From positions 186,001 through 250,000 of the forward strand of contig JAWMAR010001442.1 in NCBI GenBank assembly GCA_036785375.1: 64,000 bases of DNA. Direction: 5' to 3'. A program made the position numbers and the translations under genes. Of this stretch, positions 52,340 to 64,000 are shown in pieces (positions within the stretch are counted from its first letter, which is position 1; every line of letters starts with the position of its first letter). This DNA comes from Leucoraja ocellata (Eukaryota). Below the pieces are notes generated by a model. That model ran no database searches. It was not told where the DNA came from and saw only the letters and a program-made list of their open reading frames with translations.

Positions 52340-55227
52340 CTAATAAAACTGTGCTATTCTCAGCTGAAGCTACCGAAATCACGATGGTGGCAGTATTCAG
52401 CATTGCTCCAGTATTTTTGGTCAGGTATACTTAGTATTACAAATTGATGCTAGTGCTCAAAGATGAGAAGTATGGTATGCCATCTCCAGTTACGGAGGCG
52501 GATGCGGGTTGCATAAGTTACCAATTTTCAGTAATTGGTATCAACTACTTATAACTCAGTGCATTCTATATGTTAAAGGTTATTGTAAGAATGTGCGCAA
52601 TCTGCATGCTCAACTCCAAGTTGATACACTATGAGGGTGGCATGTGCTAGTCACATGGGTGCTATGAAAATAAATATCCTGTGATATTTACCTAATCTTA
52701 TTTTGAAACTACTGTGTCATGTGAAATCTATGAAACACAGGATGGATGTTGGACTACAAAGTATATAATGTCATTTTGGCTCGATGGAACATCGACTATC
52801 GATATATTTACATACAGGCTTATTTACCAGCTGCAAAACATGTGGCATACAGTGGCAAAAGATACATTATCGCCACTTGGTGGAGGAATTATTGCATGTG
52901 TGTTTTCTCCATTCTGCCTCATCAGTGGGGTTTTGCAATTTATCCAGCAAGACACCGCTTCAGGCCTCAATCTGCCTGACTGACATACGCAGCCATGGTT
53001 CCCGCTAATATAGGGAATTATATAGAACCTATATGGTTATTCAAAGCATAAAACTTGCTGGTACAGCCTGTGACTCGGGAGAGCAACGTCCGCATGATAC
53101 ATCAAGTCATTGACTTGAAGACTCCGAGACGATTTCTGCGCCTCGGGTTGTCAGACAAATCCGTGGAGTGCTCACTGCACAATGCAGGATAGCACAAAAA
53201 GAGGCAGGGCATCTCCACTTCAACAGATGGGAAACGGTTTTAGCAGAATACACATGTTACATGCTATACAGCATGAATAACTGATGTCCTAGAGTTCATT
53301 TTCATATGAGTCTTTGACAATTCTCAGTTACAGTGCCATTAAACGGTGCAAACGTGCTTCTCATCATATTTGCGGCAGCAAGTGAAACCCATTGTGTCGG
53401 GCCTCACCCTCTGATATCCAGAATTATATAGGATATCTTAACACAGGTTCTCCCAGGCCCAGTAACATGGGAGTATGGGACATGATGTAATGTTAACATT
53501 ACTTCAGCAGGGGGCTCCAGCCACATCTTTATCTCAAGCCGGCTCTCAAAAGGTAAGAATCCTCTTGGCACTGGCCTCAGTGCAACGGGTCCAGTCGCAA
53601 CATAAATTACGACTGGACAGGGTGGTTACATATGTTAATAACATAATATATTATGTTTTGATCTAATAAACCAGAGCTAACCAGGCGTGAGGTACATGCA
53701 GCTTCATGGCATACCCAATGGACCTTCTGGAATGTGAGGTTATACAGTCACAACAATATGTCTAGATCATTTAGAGCCTTAAGGCTCCAAATGAAACAAT
53801 GTTTTATGGAAGAAATATATATATATGAATTTGATAAGTTTTGTTCTACCATCTTCAGGTGGTAAAACGGGAGTTTGGCGAATGCCGGCGTCAATACTAA
53901 TATTTCAACACGCACTCCACCGGGGCAGCTACCACATCAGCTCATAGGATAATGTACGTTTCCTTTGGACCACATCCTAGCAGCTGCAGGATGGTCAAAC
54001 GTACATACTTTACCAACTTTTAATACAACCCGTTGCCAAATCGGGGGTATTTGCCAACTCCATTTTTTGACTCTGTTAATAGTTTCCTCTGGATGAAAGG
54101 AGTCGCTATTAATTTAATTGGATTCAGATTCAATTTTGTTGGATGATCAAGCATCAGCATAACAAACCAAGTCATGTCTGAATGCATGAATCTTTTTTCA
54201 CTCACCCATGGTCACTTCATGCAGTGTGTTAGGCATGGATTCAGTTCTGGCGTGAAATCACAGATCTTTGAAATTTCACGTAGTCACTCATGTGACTCCG
54301 AAGTAAAATAGTCAGATTAAACGAGAACTTACCAGTTTGAAGTTTGATCTTGATTTTATGAGGAGTTACGATGAATGATTACGTGCCCACCGCTCCCACC
54401 CTCATATTATCAAGGTCATACGGTAATTCCAGTTCTCAAAATCTTACTATGTTCATGGTCAACTACTTTCCGTGATTCCATACCGCTGCTTTGAAGTATG
54501 ACGCGCCAAGTGGGATGACGGGCCTTCTGCACGTAATCGCTCATCGTACTATCGGATTATACTCATCGGATTATACCCGAGATAAACGCAAAATGCTGGA
54601 GGAACTCAGCGGGATGGGCAGTATATCTGGAGAAAAAGGGATGGGTGACGTTTTGGAAACCTTCTTCAGTGTGATGAGGGGGAGAGAGAGGGAAAATTGC
54701 TTAATTGTCTGACTATGTTGCCTGTCGGACAGAGCATAAAACACAGAACAATGTTCGTCTCAGGAACGGGCCCTTTGACCCATGTCATAGGAGCAGGATT
54801 AGGTCATTCAGCCCATCGGGTCTGCTCTCCCATTCAGACCCAGCTGATCTAAATTATCTATTATCTAAATGGTGGCCGATTGGGAAAGGGGGAGATGCAG
54901 CGAGACCTGGGTGTCATGGTACACCAGTCATTGAAGGTAGGCATGCAGGTGCAGCAGACAGTAAAGAAAGCGAATGGTATGTTAGCTTTCATTGCAAAAG
55001 GATTTGAGTATAGGAGCAGGGAGGTTCTACTGCAGTTGTACAGGGTCTTGGTGAGACCACACCTGGAGTATTGCGTACAGTTTTGGTCTCCAAATCTGAG
55101 GAAGGACATTATTGCCATAGAGAGAGTGCAGAGACGGTTCACCAGACTGATTCCTGGGATGTCAGGACTGTCTTATGAAGAAAGACTGGATAGACTTGGC
55201 TTATACTCTCTAGAATTTAGGAGATTG

Positions 55228-55915
55228 TGAAAAAGCTACTTATCTTAACTACTAAACCAGGTTCGCTTCTTAATAAACAGACACCACACAAACTGTTTGG
55301 TAGACCAGTTCAAAACTTTACTTAACATCGGCCGATGGAAGGGAGGGAGAACTCCAGTCAAGTGCCAACACAGACACTTGACTATGCTCAGCCACCTTCT
55401 CTTAACAACAGAATTACATTGCCTTAAATAGGGTTTTTTTGTCCCCTTATCACATTCCACAGACATTAGTCATGGTCAGAGGTACTGGAAAAGGTTTCCA
55501 CAGAATGCATCACATCAAACCTTTTTTTTTTACATGGTACAAGATATACTAAAAACATTGGCCATTTGCCTTATCTCCAAATAGACCACCCTAGCTCGTT
55601 TCGCTGCTTCCTCTGTCATTTGGTCCCTCATAAACATAGGTCATTTGTTTACAAAGATGTGACTGGCTATTTCTCTCTTCCTTTGTTGCCTCCTCCCCAT
55701 AAACATTGGTCATTTGGTTTATGGCATCTTACTTCAAAGATATCTCTAGCTCCTTCTCTCTGCCTGTCACTTGAGAGACAATGTTATAGGATTTATTATC
55801 TCACGCACCCCGCAACCTGAGGAAAGCCTAATTTGACACTAAATATAAGCTATAAGCTAGCCCAGAAACCAATTTAATATCTTCTTATATTTTTAACTAA
55901 AATTCGGCTTCATCA
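55228..55915 (-). repeat. ERV 3' LTR (688 bp)
   Basis: Direct repeat of 60867-61529. Confidence 0.95.
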
Positions 55916-58828
55916 TTCCATCCTTTTATCAAAATTTTGATAACAACTACAGTCCTTGCTGAGTACATACGAAAGACCATAAGCATCTCATCAGACAAAT
56001 TAATAGTACACTAGTAGCACAATCAATTCATAGTGGACAATCGTTCCACAAGCCCCTCCAAACATTTTAAATGGCCACCAACCTCCCCCGGATGTGACAC
56101 TAAGATACTACCATAGGACAGGAAAAGGATCATAAAAAATGCTCAGCCTTTATTCGGCTTCATTTGGAATTCCCCGTGTGCTGGTGTAACTGGTTCATGC
56201 TTCTCTTGTGTGGCACTGCATTTGCAACATAACAATGCCCTGTCACAAATATACTGTTTCCTAAATATACACCAGTGCCTTGGTTGTGGCAAAAAACAGG
56301 TAGATTTAACTGGCCTTTGCAGACCTCTTACTGTCTGTAGTCAGGGTTTCTTTGCTGCGCTTGTCATGTTTGACTTCAATCTTGTTTAAAAGGAGGTGTG
56401 TACCATCCTTTAAATGTGGGTTAGTCCGCACGTTTGCCATTCTGAAGAAAGTTCAGTCCATGTGGGCTGGGCCATTACAGAATAAAGGAACATCAATAGC
56501 CCATCGTCCTTGTTTCCACAAAATGTTCATAGTCAATCAAATGTATCCAGCGATGATGATCTTTCATCTTCACAGCAGTTCATGTTGTTAGCAACACTTG
56601 GTTGTTTCTTTCAACAGTCTCAATTTCTTCTTATCCCAGCACCCCCATCGTATAGCCTTTATGGCCTTGGTCACTGGTTTCCAGCAAAAACTCCTCCAAC
56701 CTGGAATGTAGATCTGGCAAGACATGGGTTAATTGCCAACCATACATAATTAGTTAATTGCACAGGGCCTGCAGGTGGCTTCCCCCCACTCTCCAGGGGG
56801 TGGACACGGCAGCTTTTCCTGTATCAATAAAAAGTTGTGAATCTTGTTCACCAGCTGAGTTTCTCCAGCACTTTTGTCCCCCTTTGATCCTCCAGTATCT
56901 CCAGTCCCTTCTTAACACTTCCCTGTGAATTTATCCTTTAATCCGATTATATCCAAAGAGGCTCTCCCCTCCTAAATATTCAATTCTCCAAATATGTTCT
57001 CTTCCCCAATCTACTTTATCTTCTCACCTTTCATCCCTCATTGTGAGTTCCCTCAAACCTCCTTTTGTAAGTCATAAGACAATTTTTCATCTACCTTCAT
57101 TTCTCTCACACAGCACATGCTTCAACATCTTTTTGTTTGCTTCAAAACAGTAATCTTGCTTCATTTGCATTTTAAAAGGCAACCTCTGTTATCATATCAA
57201 AACAAACTTTCCCAAAAGAACTAATTCAGAATCAGTAATCAATAATACATTTTCTTTTCTCTGTAATTTTGACATTTCCAATCTCATTTAACACTTTAAT
57301 CGGGATGAGTCTTTTTTTTTTAACTTGGTTCAAAAGATTTATAATCAACCAGCACATTAGCACACCATAAACTTTGTCTATTTGCATTTTAAAGAACAAA
57401 CTATTTAAAGCGACACACAACTTTGCTCATTGCTTTGAATTTCACACATTCCACATACAAAAACATTGTTTTCCAAGCAGTACATATACAAAAACATTGT
57501 TTTACCAGCAGTATATAATATTTCATCTTCAAAGACGTCTCTTTGTAATTTACTTTCCCTTTTTCTGACAAGACTTCTGTTTACCAAAATCCTGGTTACC
57601 TAACCCTAATTGGACATTGATCCAGATCATGATTAGTCAGACTTCCTTGACTTTTCAGTCTCCCTATCCTATCCTCATTTCTCCATTGAATTTTTCTTCA
57701 TCCCCAATTTTTTATAACATAGTTGCTTGTCAGAACAAGGATTTACCTCCGGGGTAATTTTGTTTTGCAATCCCCATTGACTCTTTCCACCATCCCAGAT
57801 GCTTGTGGGTGGTGTGTACAGTGAATTGCTGTCAGATATTAAAATGTGCAAATTTTTCCTTATTATTGGTGGTTGGTAGAGCTTCACTCCACCTACTAAA
57901 TAAATCTAAAATCAATACGCAATGTTTATAACACTGGGCCCTTGGCATTTCAATAAAACCAATCTGTATGCATTCAAACGATCGTGATGGCATTGGCGTC
58001 ACCCCTGAGGGTATTTTAATTGGATTGCCTGGATTACTTCATTGGCAAATTTTACATTCAGAGGCCTGCTTCAGTGCCTCTTATCAAATTTTCGGGTGCC
58101 ACCACATTTCCTTTGTTATCCTATCATTCCCTCCTTACCAGCATGGGTAAGACGGGTAAAAATGTATCGTTATACACCAACTTGTCCAAGCGGGGTGTGC
58201 TGAATCAATGGCACAGCCCTCTTGTTTCCATAGTTATTATATACAAGAGGCGTCCCTCTGTAATATACATACCACCCTCATATCTGGCAGGACCGTTCCA
58301 TTTGCTAGCATCTGTTTAGCTGCTGTCACTATGCATTTGGATGTACAGGCTGCCTGTTTGGATACACTATCAGCAACCTATTGCCTTCTGCTATAGGGTC
58401 CCCAGCACCAGTGTGTGCAGTACATTTAATAATGATCAGCTGTTCTGGTAGCATCAATGCCTTAAACAAATTACACACAGAAAGGCATTCCCGTGCTCCC
58501 AATCCTGGAGAGCTTTGTAAGGTCAGAACTTCAAGTTATAGGGATGTTACTGACGGAACTGTCCCAGGTAAAGATGCCATTGCTACTGGTAGACATCTCT
58601 CAAGATTATCTAACGCCTCATCTTCATTACCAAATAGGGTCGTCGTGCCAGACATGAAGTCTCCTCCAGAGGATTTACCAGTACTGGGTTTATTTTTTAC
58701 GAACCATCACTTGTTTCTCACCTCCTGTCTGTCTTTTAATTCTATTCTCTTGTTCCTCTGCCCACTGGCATTCTAGTTGCAATAATTTCCATCCTTTCCT
58801 AGTGCTATCCTTGTTTCTTAACTCTATC

Positions 58829-59848
58829 TAGCAAAGTTACAAAATTGTGAGATTTAAAAAATCAAGTCTGCAATTTATCCCATCAGATACAGCATAACAA
58901 TAAGTTTAATTTGACACCTAATTCACTTTCATATCTCAAGTAATAAAAAATTATGGCCATTTTCATACTCGGAAATTAGCATCTTGTTCCCTATTGATTT
59001 TCTATGGACATAACAAAAAAGCTGTGATCATGGACAGTCAAAAGCCCATAACCTTCTTAAAAATTAAGAGAACTGAATGAAATTTTCAGTTATCATAGAT
59101 TGAAGCATTCTGAAACAAATATAAAATAATCTTGCTTGGATGACCTGAAATTAAAGCATATAATTAGTTAGTTACCCAATTGTAGCTAATTTCAAACTTC
59201 AATTACTAGATCTAAACATCTATCCATTTCTTAATAAATGATTAACATTTTTAAATAGCCTAAGTGTCCAAATAATATTCACAAATAATTCACAATAAAA
59301 CCTGATTTTTAAATCTCATTTACATCAATTTATGGGCCAAATGGAAGGAATTTAGTGTTCAATTGCTGTAAATTAAAGTCTATTTTAAATCGGCTTTCTA
59401 GGGGGTTCCTGTGAACATTGCGCTGGATTTGTGCCCTCAAATGCCCAGAAAAATACTGCGGGATATAAAAAGCCCAAAATGAGCTACTCGCTATAGAAAA
59501 CTTTGTATACAGGGTTCTTAAGAAGCCCCTTTTAATGTAAAAATAAGGTACATACCTTTAATTGTTTGCTTTATAAAACCCTGGGGCTGCGAGAGTTTGC
59601 GGATCTAGAGAGTGACCTCCAAACTACTACAACCACCATACAAGGCCATAAAAACCAATAACACCCTTTGCGACGGGGTCCCCCAGCGATTCTCCGTCAA
59701 TGATTTACTAGGCTGAACATTTTCGATTGCAACAGCCTAGTAAAAATCGCGTTTTAAACCTGCCCCCCTCTAAACAGCGCCAAAATCACGCACACGGCCT
59801 GGGGGCAGATTCTCATCGACGAATCAGGTAGGTTTTGTAACATACCTA
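58829..59848 (+). mobile_element. non-autonomous TIR DNA transposon inside ERV gag, 7-bp TSD CTCTATC
   Basis: Ends tagcaaagttacaaaa...ttttgtaacataccta with ctctatc on both sides; same family as 43295-43691. Confidence 0.8.
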
Positions 59849-60847
59849 CTCTATCCCCTTCTTACATGCAGTATCCATCCAACTTCGAACTCTACTCGCC
59901 TCATGCTTCTCCTCTGTTCCTGATTTCCATGTTGTAATTCCTTACTTCCATTTCTTTCCTGTCTTCCTCTCCCATATCAACACCTCTGCTTATTTAATTG
60001 TCTCAACATTCCATGTGCCCCCTACTGGCCAGGCTTCATCTCCTAACCATTTGGTCAACTTGTAACTTAACATTCTAAATTTCTTATTATACATAGGATT
60101 CAAATAACACATATATAGAACCGGTATCCAGAGCATTCCCCATAGATAGATAGAAAGAGAGAGAGAAAAAACAGACTTCGTAATTCCGAATCATTCCAAA
60201 TATATCAACCAGGCCGACCCACTAAATGAGACCCCAGTTTCTCAATTTGGCTGACTTTTTAACTCCTTAATATACGACCCAAATGTCTCAACGAGGCCGA
60301 CTCGCTAACCAAGACCCCAGTTTTTTTCAACTTGGCAGACTTCTTAATACTGAAATATACAACGTCACTTATTTCTCAACCCGACAACTCTTCGGATGTC
60401 TCAATAAGCCAGACACACACCTCACCCCCCGTATCTCAACGCGACAAATCACGGATATCTCAACAAGGCTGATGAGCCCTTAGTAGAGAGAGAAAAAGAG
60501 AAAACAAAGAGAGATAGACAGAGAGAGAGAGGAACCACTCACGTCCTTCTTAACAATATACATAAGACCTTTCTTAAAAATACATGCACAATTCTGTCTT
60601 AAAAATACATACACAATCCCTTCTTAAAAAAAAAACCATATAAAGCCCAACTGGTCTTACCTTCGTCTGTTTCTAAGAACCTCGGCAGGGAACCAATTCA
60701 ACCTCTGATGAAGGATCACAGACGTTCCCGGGAGTTTCTAGGGAGTCGGTCTTACAAGGGGGCCGATAGAGCTCAGTTATCTCCCTTCCAATCCCGGCAA
60801 CCTCCGCAACCTCTTGCACAGTCAGCCGTTGATGTGGTCCCAGCGAG

Positions 60848-60865
60848 GCCTGCATAACTACGCCA
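60848..60865 (-). promoter_or_regulatory. ERV primer-binding site, tRNA-Ser-like
   Basis: TGGCGTAGTTATGCAGGC versus the complement of the tRNA-Ser 3' end TGGCGTAGTCGGCAGGAT; the first 9 nt are identical. Confidence 0.65.
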
Positions 60866-60866
60866 A

Positions 60867-61529
60867 TGAAAAAGCTACTTATCTTAACTACTAAACCAGG
60901 TTCGCTTCTTAATAAACAGACACCACACAAACTGTTTGGTAGACCAGTTCAAAACTTTACTTAACATCGGCCGATGGAAGGGAGGGAGAACTCCAGTCAA
61001 GTGCCAACACAGACACTTGACTATGCTCAGCCACCTTCTCTTAACAACAGAATTACATTGCCTTAAATAGGGTTTTTTTGTCGCCTTATCACATTCCACA
61101 GACATTAGTCATGGTCAGAGGTACTGGAAAAGGTTTCCACAGAATGCATCACATCAAACCTTTTTTTTTTGCATGGTACAAGATATACTAAAAACATTGG
61201 CCATTTGCCTTATCTCCAAATAGACCACCCTAGCTCTTTTCGCTGCTTCCTCTGTCATTTGTTTACAAAGATGTGACTGGCTATTTCTCTCTTCCTTTAT
61301 TGCCTCCTCCCCATAAACATTGGTCATTTGGTTTATGGCATCTTACTTCAAAGATATCTCTAGCTCCTTCTCTCTGCCTGTCACTTGGGAAACAATGTTA
61401 TAGGATTTATTATCTCACGCACCCCGCAACCTGAGGAAAGCCTAATTTGACACTAAATATAAGCTGTAAGCTAGCCCAGAAACCAATTTAATATCTTCTT
61501 ATATTTTTAACTAAAATTCGGCTTCATCA
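60867..61529 (-). repeat. ERV 5' LTR (663 bp)
   Basis: Direct repeat of 55228-55915 lacking a 25-bp segment bounded by gtcatttg repeats. Confidence 0.95.
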
Positions 61530-62456
61530 ATTGAGAGGGGATCTTATAGAAACTTACAAAATTCTTAAGGGGTTGGACAGGCTAGATGCAGGAAGATTGT
61601 TCCCGATGTTAGGGAAGTCCAGGACAAGGGGTCACAGCTTAAGGATAAGGGGGAATTCCTTTAAAACCGAGATGAAAAGAACTTTTTTCACACAGAGTGG
61701 TGAATCTCTGGAACTCTCTGCCACAGAGGGTAGTTGAGGCCAGTTCATTGGCTATATTTAAGAGGGAGTTAGATGTGGCCCTTGTGGCTAAGGGGATCAG
61801 GGGGTATGGAGAGAAGGCAGGTACGGGATACTGAGTTGGATGATCAGCCATGATCATATTGAATGGCGGTGCAGGCTTGAAGGACCGAATGGCCTACTCC
61901 TGCACCTAATTTCTATGTTTCTATGTTTCTATCTATCTTTCCGTCTCAACCTCAATCTCCTGCCTTTTCCCCACAGTCAAGCTCTCAAGGTCAAGTATGT
62001 CTTATTGTGATATGTCCCGAAACGGAACAATGAAATACTTACTTGCAACAGTAAAACAGGTATGTAAACATAGTACCCTGTAAAATCCGTAACCAACAAC
62101 TAAATAAGCTCAGTATACAATGTATATGGATATAAAAATCTAGATGAACAATAATAGTGTAAAGTCAGAAACATTGTCCCCAAGTCTATGTAGTTCAGAG
62201 CTTATTTGGAGTTTGTAGTGTTTAATAGACTGATGGCTGTAGGGGAGAGGCTGCTTCTGAACCTGGACGTTACAATTATCAGGCTCAGCTGTTTTTCTAC
62301 ATTTAAATATACCCAATGACCTGGTCTCAGCCATCTGTCGATCGGAACGCCTGTTGATGTTTAGTAGAGAGTAGAGTATACACAGACAAACTGGGACATA
62401 TTCCAACACCAGGATCTGGAAACTCTCACAGAATCGGTGCTGGACTATATCAAGTT

Positions 62457-64000
62457 CTTTTTTTTTTTTTTTTTTTATTTTATTTTATTAGAAGTAAGCA
62501 CAGTCATATGGCACCAAAGTGCCTAATATATATTTTCATAATACATTTTATGTACAACTTCTTTTTTTTTTGTTACATTGAAAAAAGATGAGAATAAGAA
62601 AAAGAGGTTAGATAGTAAAGGATAGAAAAATGTGAAATATATAGTGTGTGAAGAAAGAAAACGAGTAAATGAAGAAAGTTGAGAGAGAAAATAGTGAAAA
62701 GAAAAGGAGATCATTATTTATAGTCTTGACCAACCCTTGTCCAGTCCTGAAACAGTTATTTTTTACAATTGTGTTGCACCATATGATTCCAAAAAAACGA
62801 CGAATGGAGACCAACTCGTTATGAATTGGTCTGATTTATCCATTAGGAGGAATCGCATTTCCTCAAGATGAGCGGTGTCCAACATACTTGCAATCCACAT
62901 TTTAAGCGTTGGTATTGATGTACCCTTCCAAAATTTAAGTATTAATTTTTTTGCTATTATTAAACCATAATTAAGGAATAGATTTTGAGATGTGTTCAAT
63001 TTATTCCCATCTTCCATTACACCAAATATAATCATTTCAGTATTAGGTTCCATTCTTGTCTTGAATAATTTTGTAAGTATTTCAAAAATATCATTCCAAA
63101 ATCTATAAAGTTTTATGCAGGAAACTAAGGAGTGTGTTATAGTTGCCTTTTGGGCTAGACATTTATCACAAGTGGCGGATATATTTGGATAAAATTTGTT
63201 CAATCTTGTTTTTGAATAATATAATCTATGTACAATTTTAAATTGTATTAGATTATGTCTTACATTAATTGAACATTTGTGAATATATATCAGGTATTTT
63301 TCCCATTTAACCTTCGTAATTTTTATCATTAATTCCCGTTCCCACTCTTCTCTAAGTACCTCTGTCGATGGTAGGTCTATATTTAGAATACTATTATATA
63401 AATAGGATATTAATTTTTGTGAGTCAGCTTCAATATTCATTGCTTCTTCCAATAAGTCAGGAGTTACTTTTTGATATCCTTGTATATATTTTTTCACAAA
63501 GTCGCAAATCTGAAGATATTTAAAATATTGGTTGTTTTTCAATTTAAATTTTAATTGTAGTTGTTGGAATGATAGTAAGTTTCCTGTTTCGTACATATCC
63601 CTGATCCTTCTAATTCCGAGACTTTCCCATTGGTTATATGTCTTATCAATAAGAGATGGTTTAAATAAAGGGTTATTCGCAATTGGCATTAACAGTGATA
63701 GATTTCTTAATTTTAAAGATAATTTTATTTGTTTCCAAATTCTTATTGTACCATATATAATTGGGTTCTTCTTATATATTGTATTATTCAGTTTTTTGGG
63801 GGAAAAGAGGATCGTTCCTATATTACAAGGATGACAATCCTCCTTCTCCATTTTTATCCATTCTGTCTGTTGTGTAGAACTATCCAACCAATAAATCATA
63901 TTCTTAATATGCACTGCCCAGTAATAATACATAAAATTCGGAAGTGAAAGTCCCCCGACCTCTTTTGGTTTACATAAGTGTTTTTTTGTGATTCTATGTG
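62457..64000 (-). mobile_element. L1-clade LINE, ORF2 C-terminal part with poly(A) tail (runs off window end)
   Basis: 389-aa open frame 62763-63932 (YYWA...QFKIVHR...CDKCLAQKATITHSLVSC) and a T-run at 62457-62476. Confidence 0.92.

Larger units (their letters stand above)
47584..54550 (+). mobile_element. DIRS1-type retrotransposon B, full-length outline, heavily decayed, with nested insertions
   Basis: ITR pair 47618-47641 and 54503-54527. ICR 54275-54308 is complementary to the 5' terminus 47584-47617. RT remnant INLKDACYAV (~50030), MT-like FSPFCLISGVLQFIQQD (~52900), YR remnant cactccaccggggcagct (~53913). Confidence 0.85.
55228..61529 (-). mobile_element. endogenous retrovirus-like LTR element (class I/epsilon-gamma-like), gag remnant only
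   Basis: LTRs 60867-61529 (5') and 55228-55915 (3') with TG...CA ends; 4-bp TSD ATTG (55224-55227, 61530-61533); PBS TGGCGTAGT... after the 5' LTR; PPT AAAAGGATGGAA before the 3' LTR; leader donor GTAAGA at 60660; gag start MGNALDTG at 60143 and WPVGGTW at 60031-60011. Confidence 0.92.
54858..61930 (+). mobile_element. young CR1 3' portion split by the ERV (54858-55227 and 61534-61930)
   Basis: Removing the ERV and one ATTG restores ...gaatttaggagattgagaggggatcttatag..., nearly identical to the CR1 at 40008-40760. Confidence 0.92.

Overview
Repeat-rich vertebrate genomic DNA, almost certainly from a cartilaginous fish and probably a skate (Rajidae), judged by the IgX/IgW-type protein and the CR1, HE1-type SINE, Penelope, Rex1 and DIRS repeats. 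The only host gene I can support is one immunoglobulin heavy-chain cluster of the IgW (IgX) isotype on the minus strand (about 1.5-9.8 kb). Its order is TATA promoter, leader exon, VH ending in a D-like extension with a 22-bp-spacer RSS, one 12/12-RSS D, a 23-RSS JH, CH1 and a 42-aa Cys-rich secretory-tail exon that the ORF track misses. Three things stand out. (1) The CH2 exon expected between CH1 and the tail is absent, with a 3'-truncated CR1 in its place, yet CH1-to-tail splicing stays in frame, predicting a one-constant-domain IgW. (2) The V appears germline-joined to D1. (3) The J-C intron holds about 23 copies of a 20-bp GAGCT/TGCT, G-rich repeat resembling a class-switch region. The remaining ~54 kb is nested mobile DNA: three DIRS elements, a pol-less ERV with near-identical LTRs, a hAT element, MITEs, L1/Tx1, many CR1 copies and minisatellites. 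All calls were made by eye; no searches were run.
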